From an uncultured Clostridia bacterium (GTDB taxonomy: Bacteria; Bacillota; Clostridia; TANB77; CAG-508): 64,000 nucleotides of DNA. Made by a program: the position numbers and the translations under genes. A model generated the notes under the pieces. It worked only from the letters and a program-made list of their open reading frames with translations. It searched no databases and was not told the DNA's origin. Below, in pieces: positions 56,121 to 64,000 of the stretch (the first letter of the stretch is position 1; the number at the start of each line of letters is the position of its first letter). The stretch lies in the NCBI GenBank assembly GCA_963558185.1, contig CAUWFE010000002.1:24460-88459 (forward strand). Reading direction: 5' to 3'.

Positions 56121-56327
56121 AGGAGGTATACATGATATTATAATCATGTAATAAAAATGCAGTATTATATAGGATTATTTAAAAGAATTAATTTAGAAGT
56201 TAGAAAAAATGGACAAATTATTTATGAAGGACCAGCAGAAGAGGTATTAAATAATATTGAAGATGAATACTATACTAAAGTTTTAGAAGTTACTACTGAG
56301 AAAATTACTTTAGAAATATAGGTGTAA

Positions 56328-56732
56328 ATGGGGGAATATGGAATGATAAAAATAGAAAATGTAACTAAGGAATATGTGAAAGGAAAAAAGTCTGTTGATA
56401 ATATAAATTTAGAAATAAAAGATGGAGAAATATTCGGTTTTTTAGGACCAAATGGAGCTGGAAAAACGACCACAATAAAAATGATTACAGGAATTTTAAA
56501 TTCTGATAATGGAAAAATTACAATAGATGGAAAAGATATTGAAAAAGAGCCTTTACAAGCAAAAAAGAATTTTGGTTATGTTCCAGATTCACCAGATATG
56601 TTTTTACGCTTGAAAGGAATTGAATATTTAAACTTTATGGCTGATATATATGAAATTCCGTCACATACTGATATCTGGCTTAATTGGAATGATAATAATG
56701 AGTTTTTCAAAATTTATGAAAGACAAAAATAG
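56328..56732 (+). pseudogene. ABC transporter ATP-binding protein, truncated after about 105 aa
   Basis: Walker A (GPNGAGKTT) and the Q-loop region are present. The ABC signature and Walker B are missing. The reading frame leaves ATPase-like sequence after MADIYEIP, near 56655. Confidence 0.6.
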
Positions 56733-57507
56733 ATTTCAATTAATAGCTACAACCTTCTCTATTGTATTAGTAATGATTTTTGTATTTTTTACATCAGGAG
56801 GAAATGGAAAGTTAAATGATGAACAAATACTTCAATTTATTATGAAGGCAAATAGTTTAGTTGAAATGTTACGAGGATATTTTCCGACTCTAGGTTCAGC
56901 AATAGAGGCATTAGATACAGCAAATATTTTAACATCTATATTAGGGTTATTAAAGTTAGTAGGAATTACATTAATTATATACATAGGGTACATATGGATA
57001 GCAAAAAAACTTTATTTAAAAGGTGCAGTTGGTAATTTAGAAAGTGGAAAGAAAGTAAACAAAAAATTAAATGAAGAAAAAGCATTTAAAGGTGGAAAAC
57101 TATGGAAAAGTTATGCAGGAAAAGAATGGAAAACATTATTACGAAATCCAATTTTCTTAATGCAATGTATATTACCTACTATACTATTTCCAATTATAAT
57201 ACTAGGAATAATTGGGTTACAAGTATTTTCAATACCTTCACAAGAGCTTAATCAAATATCAAAAGAAATAGCTGGCAATGATTCTACAATTATAGTTTTA
57301 ATAATATTAGGAATAAAACAAAATATTAATTTAATATGGCCTACTATTTTAGGTATGATAAATATAGTAATGTATATAGGAATTGGAACTTTAGTAACAA
57401 ACTTAAATGTACCAGTATATGTAACCTTAATATTACTTGCTACATTGTATATAGTACTAGCTATGTTAGTAAAAAAATATATAGTAAATTTTAAATTCAT
57501 TTTATAA
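56650..57507 (+). pseudogene. ABC-exporter permease fragment (N-terminally truncated; overlaps the truncated ATPase ORF)
   Basis: A hydrophobic multi-TM ORF begins inside the ATPase ORF in another frame, with no RBS. This is consistent with a deletion fusing two adjacent genes. Confidence 0.45.
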
Positions 57508-57639
57508 AATACATTTTACAAAATAATACAAAAAATTCCCAAAACATATTTACATTTACATATTTTTGAGATACAATACAAAAGAATTAGGCAGATAAAT
57601 AGTTATGGCAACAAAAGAGAATAAAAAGGAGAAACAAAT

Positions 57640-58932
57640 ATGAATATTTTAATGTTAACATGGGAATACCCACCAAGAGTAGTAGGAGGTATTGCTAGAG
57701 TAGTGCATGACTTATCTCATAAACTAATCAAAGATGGCCATGATGTTACTGTAGTAACATATCGAGATGGAGAAACACCTTATTATGAAAATGATAAAGG
57801 GGTAAATGTTTATCGTGTAGATAATTATATGATAAAATCAAATAGTTTTATTGACTGGATAATGCAATTAAACTTTAATATGATAGCTAAAGCTTCAGAA
57901 CTAATTGCAAAAGGAGAAAAATTTGATGTAATACATGCACATGACTGGCTAGTAGCAAATGCAGCAAAAACATTAAAACATGCATATGATATTCCGGTAG
58001 TATCAACTATACATGCTACAGAATCTGGAAGAAATAGCGGTATACATGATGAAAATCAAAGATATATTAATGATACAGAATGGATGCTAACATATGAATC
58101 AACAGAAGTAATAGTAAACAGTAATTACATGAAAGGTCATGTACAAGGATTATTCGGTTTACCATTCGATAAAATAGATGTTATTCCAAATGGTATAAAC
58201 TTAAACTTATATACAGGAATAGAAAGAGATTATGACTTTAGAAGAAGATATGCAGCAGACAATGAAAAAATAATACTATATTTAGGAAGACTTGTATATG
58301 AAAAAGGTGTTCAAAATTTAATTTCTGCTATGCCTAAAATATTAGATGGATATCACGATTCAAAATTAATTATTGTTGGTAAAGGTGGAATGATAGATGA
58401 ACTAAGAGCTCAAGTAGAAAATATGGGATTAAGAGACAAAGTTTATTTTACAGGATATATGAACGGAAAAGATGTACAAAAAATGTATAAATGTGCTGAT
58501 GTAGCAGTATTCCCAAGTACATATGAACCTTTTGGAATAGTAGCATTAGAAGCAATGTTAGCAGGTGTACCAACAGTAGTATCAGATATAGGTGGGCTAA
58601 ATGAAATTATAGACCATGGAGTTAATGGAATGAAAAGTTATGCAGGAAATCCAAACTCTATAGCAGATTCAGTATTAGCGCTATTATATGACCATCAATT
58701 AGCTGCAAATGTTTCAAAAGCAGCAAAACAAGTAGTAAAAGAACAATATAATTGGAATAAAATAACACAAGATACTTATTTTGTATATGAAAAGGCAATT
58801 TGCCAAACAATGGCAGAAAGACAAGCAAATCAAATTGCACAAGAAAATGCAGAAAAAGCTAAAAAAGCAAAAAATAATGAAAATGAAATTACAAATTTAT
58901 TAAGTTTCAAAAAACGTCATGCTTATGCATAA
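57640..58932 (+). CDS. Glycosyltransferase family 4 (GT-B)
   Basis: MNILMLTWEYPPRVVGGIARVV...YEPFGIVALEAMLAGVP. Confidence 0.8.
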   Translation: MNILMLTWEYPPRVVGGIARVVHDLSHKLIKDGHDVTVVTYRDGETPYYENDKGVNVYRVDNYMIKSNSFIDWIMQLNFNMIAKASELIAKGEKFDVIHAHDWLVANAAKTLKHAYDIPVVSTIHATESGRNSGIHDENQRYINDTEWMLTYESTEVIVNSNYMKGHVQGLFGLPFDKIDVIPNGINLNLYTGIERDYDFRRRYAADNEKIILYLGRLVYEKGVQNLISAMPKILDGYHDSKLIIVGKGGMIDELRAQVENMGLRDKVYFTGYMNGKDVQKMYKCADVAVFPSTYEPFGIVALEAMLAGVPTVVSDIGGLNEIIDHGVNGMKSYAGNPNSIADSVLALLYDHQLAANVSKAAKQVVKEQYNWNKITQDTYFVYEKAICQTMAERQANQIAQENAEKAKKAKNNENEITNLLSFKKRHAYA

Positions 58933-58955
58933 AATAAAGAAAGGGAGTAAGACAT

Positions 58956-59288
58956 ATGAATGTATATGATACAGCAAATAAATTAGCACAAGAGATAAAA
59001 AGCTCAACAGAATATGTAGCATATAAACAAGCTAAAAAAGATATAATGGACACTCCAGAATTAAAGCAAAAAGTTGAAGATTTTGAAAAATTAAGATATG
59101 AAGTTCAACTTCTACAGATGCAAGGAAAACCAGTAGAAGAAGAAAAAAATAAAAAATTACAAGAGTTGTATGCAATTCTTGTACAAGAAAAAGACATTAA
59201 AGAGTATTTTGACTTAGAAGTTAAATTTAATGTAATGATTGCAGATGTAAACAAAATAATTGCAGAAGCAATAGAGGATGTATTGTAA
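58956..59288 (+). CDS. YlbF/YmcA-family (UPF0342) regulatory protein
   Basis: NVYDTANKLAQEIKSSTEYVAYKQAKKDI...; size and pattern are typical of the family. Confidence 0.7.
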   Translation: MNVYDTANKLAQEIKSSTEYVAYKQAKKDIMDTPELKQKVEDFEKLRYEVQLLQMQGKPVEEEKNKKLQELYAILVQEKDIKEYFDLEVKFNVMIADVNKIIAEAIEDVL

Positions 59289-59294
59289 GTATTG

Positions 59295-59330
59295 TCCGAG
59301 TGTAGCTAAAAAATATACACTCGGACTTTT
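59295..59330 (+). terminator. Intrinsic terminator
   Basis: Stem TCCGAGTGTA/TACACTCGGA followed by CTTTT. Confidence 0.7.
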
Positions 59331-59360
59331 GAAATAATATTAAACCTTAAGGAGGAAAAT

Positions 59361-60050
59361 ATGGAATATATAATATGTTTAATAGGTATTTTGATAGCAC
59401 TAATAATTTTATATATACTTATGGGAACTAAGTTAAAAAATATAAAAGATTTGCGAAATAAACCAGAATATGACGATATTGCAAATAAATTACCACATAA
59501 TTTAGAAATAGGAAAAGAAATTTTAAAATATTTTAATAATGACCATACACAAATACAGCAAGAGGAAGGTACACAAACACTGTATGTTGCAACTTCTGAT
59601 AAAATATTTGTTGCAAGTGAAGAAAAAAATTATACAAGAATTCAAACTATGGCACATGAATGTATACATTCTATGCAACCACGAACATTATTACTATTTC
59701 ATTTTATATTTTCAAACATATATTTAATAGCAAATTTCATAATAATAGTTTTAACTGTTTTTGGAATATTACCACCATCTATGGAAATATTAAATATTTT
59801 GTTAATCATGGCAATACTAAATTTTACAATAAAAATTTATTTAGAATTAGATGCTATGACAAAAGCTCCATTTATAACAGAAAAAATATTAAAAAAATAT
59901 ACACAAATAACTGAAAATGAAAAACAAGAATTATTACACGCATATGAAAATGTAAATAATATGGCGATACCATATGCTGTTATAAATTTATTATTTAGTA
60001 TATGTATGCCGATAATTATATACATAATTGTTGCTTTTTTCATGTGTTAA
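59361..60050 (+). CDS. Membrane protein with an HExxH motif (putative metallopeptidase-like)
   Basis: N-terminal TM helix, MAHECIHSMQ, and several C-terminal TM helices. I cannot assign a family. Confidence 0.5.
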   Translation: MEYIICLIGILIALIILYILMGTKLKNIKDLRNKPEYDDIANKLPHNLEIGKEILKYFNNDHTQIQQEEGTQTLYVATSDKIFVASEEKNYTRIQTMAHECIHSMQPRTLLLFHFIFSNIYLIANFIIIVLTVFGILPPSMEILNILLIMAILNFTIKIYLELDAMTKAPFITEKILKKYTQITENEKQELLHAYENVNNMAIPYAVINLLFSICMPIIIYIIVAFFMC

Positions 60051-60067
60051 ATTAGGAAAGGGAAAAT

Positions 60068-61003
60068 ATGTTATCAGTATTAGAAGTAAAAAGAAGATTA
60101 CCAGATGAATTTGTAGAAAACTTGTATGAATTATATTCTCCTGGAACAGTAGATAAAATCTTATCTGGAATGTCAGGAGAAAGAAGTACAACTATAAGAG
60201 TAAATACACTAAAAACAACAATGTTAGAACTTATGAAAAATATAAAAGAAGAAGCAATTAAGTTTAACAGAGTATTATGGTATGAAAATGCATTGGAAAT
60301 TATAAATGCCAATGAAAAACAATTGCAAAAATTATTAAACTATGAAAATGGGGAATTTTATTTGCAAAGCTTGTCTAGTATGGTTCCACCACTTGTATTA
60401 GAACCAGAGGAAAATGAAAAAATTTTAGACTTAACAGCCGCTCCAGGTAGCAAAACTACTCAAATGAGTATGATGATGCAAAATAAAGGATATATATTAG
60501 CAAATGAATTAGATAAAATCAGATGTGAAAGATTAAAATATAATGTAAAAATGCAAGGAGCAAAAATTGTAGAAGTAAAAAATGGAAGAGGAGAAAAAAT
60601 TGGAGAACAATATCCAGAATTCTTTGATAAAGTTTTATTAGATGCACCATGTAGTGGAGAAGGAAGATTTTTAGCAAATCAAGTAGGAACTTATAGAAAT
60701 TGGTCTATAAAAACTGTAAAACAATGTGCAAAAATTCAAAAAAAATTAATAAAAAGTGCATATCAAGCTTTAAAAACAAATGGAATTATGGTATATTCTA
60801 CATGCACTTTGAATAAAGAAGAAAATGAAGAAATTTTACAATGGGCAATAGAAAATATGAATTTACAAATGCTAGATATATCAATAAAAATACCGAATAC
60901 ATTAAAAGCTTTTGGAGATAAAAACATAGAAAAAGCAATTCGTATGTTACCTTCTAAAAGCCAAGAAGGATTTTTTGTTGCAAAATTGAGAAAGAGGGGA
61001 TAA
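60068..61003 (+). CDS. RsmB/RsmF-family rRNA (cytosine-C5) methyltransferase
   Basis: DLTAAPGSKTTQ (SAM-binding motif), DAPCSGEG (motif IV), VYSTCT (motif VI). Confidence 0.8.
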   Translation: MLSVLEVKRRLPDEFVENLYELYSPGTVDKILSGMSGERSTTIRVNTLKTTMLELMKNIKEEAIKFNRVLWYENALEIINANEKQLQKLLNYENGEFYLQSLSSMVPPLVLEPEENEKILDLTAAPGSKTTQMSMMMQNKGYILANELDKIRCERLKYNVKMQGAKIVEVKNGRGEKIGEQYPEFFDKVLLDAPCSGEGRFLANQVGTYRNWSIKTVKQCAKIQKKLIKSAYQALKTNGIMVYSTCTLNKEENEEILQWAIENMNLQMLDISIKIPNTLKAFGDKNIEKAIRMLPSKSQEGFFVAKLRKRG

Positions 61004-61006
61004 ATT

Positions 61007-62167
61007 TTGACAGACTTATTAATAAAAATATTTATAAAAGATAAAAATGTAAAAGATTTAAACGTAAGAAACAAATATGGTATGTTATCGAGTATTACAG
61101 GAATTATTGTTAATATTTTATTATCTATTTTCAAATTAATGATAGGAATTTTATCAAATTCTATGTCTATAATTTCAGATGCTTTAAACAATATAACAGA
61201 TGCAGGCTCATCAGTAGTTACAATGATAGGCTTTAAACTATCAAAAAAGAATGTAGATGCAGATCACCCTTGGGGACATGGAAGAATGGAATATATTACG
61301 GCATTTATTGTAGATATGCTTATTATTTTAGTAGGAATTGAATTATTTAAATCATCTATAGATAAAATTATAAATCCAGAGCTTCCACAAATTAATACAA
61401 TTACAATTGTATTATTAGTAATTGCGATTATTACAAAACTATGGCTATTTTTATTCTACAAAAAAATTGCTAAAACTATAGATTCAGAAGCAATTAAAGG
61501 AAATGCTTATGACAGTATTTCAGATACAATATCTACATTTGTTGTATTAATTTCTGCATTAGTTGCAAAATTTGCAGGTGTTTCAATAGATGGATATGTT
61601 AGTATTTTAGTATCTGTATTTATACTATTCACAGGCTTTAAAGCCATGAAGGAAACAATAGATATTTTGTTAGGTAGCAAGCCAGATGCTGATTTTGTAA
61701 AAGAAATAGAAGAATTTACAAAAAAATACGATATGGTAATTGGTATTCATGACATTATGGTACATGACTATGGACCAGGAAGAAAAATAATATCTTTCCA
61801 TGCAGAAGTACCAGCAGATTGTGACATTTGTAGAGCACATGATGTAATTGATCAAATGGAGCAAGATATATATGATAATTTTAATTGTATAACAACAATA
61901 CATATGGATCCAATAGTAATAGATGATGAAGAAGTAAATCAAATGAGAGAAATGGTAATAAAAATTGTAAAAGAATATAACCCAGAATTTTCAATACACG
62001 ATTTTAGAATGACTGATGGCGGAGAAAGAATAAATTTAATATTTGATTTAGTATTACCAAGAGAAAATTTAGATAGAAAAAAGATAGCAGAAGAATTAGT
62101 AAAGAAAATACATGAGAAAAATAAAAAATACTTTGCAGTAATAAAAGTAGAAAATTCATATGTATAA
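61007..62167 (+). CDS. Cation diffusion facilitator family transporter
   Basis: Six TM helices with SDALNNITDAGSS in TM2 and a C-terminal cytoplasmic domain. TTG start. Confidence 0.8.
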   Translation: MTDLLIKIFIKDKNVKDLNVRNKYGMLSSITGIIVNILLSIFKLMIGILSNSMSIISDALNNITDAGSSVVTMIGFKLSKKNVDADHPWGHGRMEYITAFIVDMLIILVGIELFKSSIDKIINPELPQINTITIVLLVIAIITKLWLFLFYKKIAKTIDSEAIKGNAYDSISDTISTFVVLISALVAKFAGVSIDGYVSILVSVFILFTGFKAMKETIDILLGSKPDADFVKEIEEFTKKYDMVIGIHDIMVHDYGPGRKIISFHAEVPADCDICRAHDVIDQMEQDIYDNFNCITTIHMDPIVIDDEEVNQMREMVIKIVKEYNPEFSIHDFRMTDGGERINLIFDLVLPRENLDRKKIAEELVKKIHEKNKKYFAVIKVENSYV

Positions 62168-62221
62168 TAAGAAAAAATAGTAACTAAAATTAATTTGATT
62201 AATTTGATTAATGTTAAATTC

Positions 62222-62249
62222 TTGAAATTTTAAAAAAATATGATATAAT
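62222..62249 (+). promoter_or_regulatory. Extended -10 sigma-A promoter for the large ncRNA
   Basis: TTGAAA (62222-62227), a 16-nt spacer ending in TGA, then TATAAT (62244-62249). Confidence 0.65.
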
Positions 62250-62255
62250 AGTATC

Positions 62256-62850
62256 GATGGTGCATTATTCTAGTCGTACGGTCTATTATGAGGGTGGGGC
62301 TAAAAATCCACTAAAGGGCACATCGTTGAAGTTTCTTGTTTATGCGCGAAATGCCGGTTTTGTGTGTATCCAGGGAGTTAAGAGGTTAGGGCATTATATA
62401 ATGGCATATATAACAACCCCTGATTTCGCCTGAGGCCTAAGGGTATTTGAAATAAATTCTTTTTCAAAAAACTTTGGGTAAAACCTATGTGAGTGCCAAG
62501 ACACAAAAGCATAGAGTAGCCTGTCTTGAGTGATAGTATTGGGATTAATTTACAAAGAATACATAATTTGGCCAAATTATATATTTTATCGATTATGAAA
62601 TTACTATTGCAAAAAAGACTAATAATAGGTATCAGTATGTTAAGGAAAACTTCTAGAATGTTTGTTAAAAAAACAAGAAAGTCTAGGGATTAAGGTACGG
62701 ATTTAAGTGGCGATCTAGTTTCTACAAATTCTTGTAGGTATTTTTTTGAAATGGAAACAGCTAAACAGTAATGTTTAGTAGAAAATAGAGAAATTCTACT
62801 AGACCTAAACCGTAAAATTTACTTAGACTTTTACCATCTATTTTTTTATA
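62256..62850 (+). ncRNA. ole: Large structured ncRNA, probably OLE (ornate, large, extremophilic) RNA
   Basis: A noncoding gap of about 600 nt that is clearly richer in G/C than its flanks. It has its own promoter and many local helices (for example GATGGTGC...GCACATC, CAAGACA...TGTCTTG, CTACAA...TTGTAG). It sits directly upstream of a small 4-TM protein, which is the reported OLE-oapA arrangement. No covariance-model search was run. Confidence 0.6.
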
Positions 62851-62865
62851 AAATAGGAGCAAAAA

Positions 62866-63435
62866 ATGAAAAATAACAATGAAAAAAAAGATAATTCTAA
62901 CCTGAAGTGGTTTGTAACAATATTTATTACAACATTTATATTGTCAATCACTTTTTCTTTTATATCAACAAATGCAATTTCTAATTTAGAACTTTTACCA
63001 GCAATTTTAATTTTACTTGCAACAATTATAGTAGGAATTATATTTGACATAATAGGCGTTGCAGTAACAGTTGCAAAAGAGCAAGAATTCCATGCAAAAG
63101 CAACTAAAAAAGTAAAAGGAGCTAAAACTTCAATAAAATTAATTCGAAATTCAGCAAAAGTAGCTAATATTTGTGCAGACGTAATAGGTGACATATGTGG
63201 AGTACTAAGTGGTTCTATTGCAGCATTAGTTTCAATGAAAATTACCCAAAGTTTTAATTTAACATTCAATATTCAATTTATAGTAAGTGCATTAGTGGCT
63301 TCTCTTACTGTAGGTGGAAAAGCACTAGGAAAAGGTTTTGCACAAAAAAATGCAACAGAAATTGTACATATGGTAGGTAAAATGTTAAGAGTGTTTTCTA
63401 AAGAAGAAAAGAAAAAAGTAAAAGTAGAAAATTAA
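62866..63435 (+). CDS. oapA: Small 4-TM membrane protein, probably OLE-associated protein A
   Basis: 189 aa with four predicted TM helices and the Asp-containing motifs FDIIGVAV and ADVIGDICGV. It lies immediately downstream of the OLE-like RNA. Confidence 0.55.
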   Translation: MKNNNEKKDNSNLKWFVTIFITTFILSITFSFISTNAISNLELLPAILILLATIIVGIIFDIIGVAVTVAKEQEFHAKATKKVKGAKTSIKLIRNSAKVANICADVIGDICGVLSGSIAALVSMKITQSFNLTFNIQFIVSALVASLTVGGKALGKGFAQKNATEIVHMVGKMLRVFSKEEKKKVKVEN

Positions 63436-63460
63436 TGTATGCATAAAAGGAGAGAAAATA

Positions 63461-64000
63461 ATGGAGAAATTAAAACAGTTTTGCTATAATAAAAAATACA
63501 CCATAATTTCAGCAATAGCCATATTTATAATTGCTATCTTTTTATGCTTTTGGATAACACAAAAACAAGGATTCCATGAAGATGAAATATTTTCATATGG
63601 CTCATCAAATTACAAATGGGATAGTATGTTTCAATTGGTAGGAAAATCTGACTATACAAATACAGCAATAGAAAAATATATTATAGCAGATAGCTTTTCA
63701 GATACATTAAAAAATATAAAATATTATCTTCAAAATCCGCAAGAATTAGAAGAATTAAAACAACAAGTTAGGGACCAAGAAAAAACAGTATGGAAAACTA
63801 AAGAAGATGCAAAAGAATATGTAACTATAGGAAATGGAGATGTATTTAATTATCTTTCAGTATATTATAATCAGTCAAGAGATGTGCATCCACCATTATT
63901 TTATTTTTTAGTACATTTTGTATCTAGTATTGCATATGGCAGTTTTTCAAAATACATAATTTTTGCTATTAATTTAGTATTTATGCTACTTACATGTAAT
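63461..64000 (+). CDS. GT39/ArnT-like membrane glycosyltransferase, 3'-truncated by the window edge
   Basis: ATG 63461 after AGGAGAG, open to the window end. It has an N-terminal TM helix and a DVHPPLFYFLVH motif typical of PMT_2/ArnT-like proteins. It is absent from the ORF track because it runs off the end. Confidence 0.6.
   Translation, partial: MEKLKQFCYNKKYTIISAIAIFIIAIFLCFWITQKQGFHEDEIFSYGSSNYKWDSMFQLVGKSDYTNTAIEKYIIADSFSDTLKNIKYYLQNPQELEELKQQVRDQEKTVWKTKEDAKEYVTIGNGDVFNYLSVYYNQSRDVHPPLFYFLVHFVSSIAYGSFSKYIIFAINLVFMLLTCN

Noticed and set aside
59539-60312. Alternative-frame and antisense ORFs (59539-59727, 59660-59914, 59837-60043, 59991-60191, 60052-60312).
   Set aside because: All overlap the better-supported genes at 59361-60050 and 60068-61003. 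They are low-complexity translations typical of AT-rich sequence.
62378-63269. Minus-strand ORFs at 62378-62575 and 62838-63269.
   Set aside because: The first lies inside the structured ncRNA region. The second is antisense to the oapA-like gene. Neither has an RBS or any recognisable motif.

Overview
The window is strongly AT-rich (G+C not computed) and looks like chromosome from a low-GC Firmicute, probably a Clostridia-type anaerobe. The evidence is PolC, AddA, a SigV/RsiV pair, sortase, cohesin and dockerin signals, and an OLE-like RNA.

Layout:
- 1-3.8 kb: the 3' part of addA, then an S4-domain rqcP/yabO-like gene.
- 3.8-8.4 kb: a small accessory islet. It holds orphan genes, a promoter-to-terminator unit encoding tandem 48-nt pseudoknot repeats, an ORF6N/KilA-N gene, and a 56-bp perfect direct repeat that duplicates the 3' end of asnB (an integration scar).
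- 8.3-15.1 kb: an asnB-like gene on the minus strand, an SGNH hydrolase, DUF4358, an ECF sigma factor with an RsiV-like anti-sigma factor, an orphan gene, and fucO.
- 15.2-37.6 kb: a polysaccharide locus of about 22 kb, all on the plus strand. It contains a VanZ-Alg14 fusion with an Alg13-like partner, a CapD-type dehydratase, a priming sugar transferase, an aldolase/acyltransferase/dehydrogenase cassette, three GT4 enzymes, an EpsG-type polymerase, a Wzx flippase, GT32, GT2, two hexapeptide acetyltransferases and a beta-helix protein. A dockerin-bearing LRR protein and a cohesin-bearing sortase-anchored protein follow, and then Wzz, a BY-kinase and a PHP phosphatase.
- 37.6-44.4 kb: glmM, an M29 aminopeptidase, a methyltransferase remnant, a RhuM-Doc fusion, a peroxiredoxin, DUF1540, and an AAA/DUF4143 ATPase preceded by 32-bp tandem repeats.
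- 44.5-53.6 kb: the core block pyrH-frr-uppS-cdsA-rseP-polC. It lacks dxr and ispG, and a nested palindromic repeat element sits between rseP and polC.
- 53.6-62.2 kb: housekeeping and membrane genes plus a decayed ABC transporter.
- 62.2-63.4 kb: a noncoding, G/C-richer gap of about 600 nt with a consensus promoter, directly upstream of a small 4-TM protein. I read this as OLE RNA plus oapA.
- 63.46 kb to the end: a 3'-truncated GT39/ArnT-like gene.

No rRNA, tRNA or CRISPR array was seen. The most unusual signal is the tandem pseudoknot-repeat RNA at 4.87-5.04 kb. All calls come from reading the sequence and the translations by eye; no database search was run.
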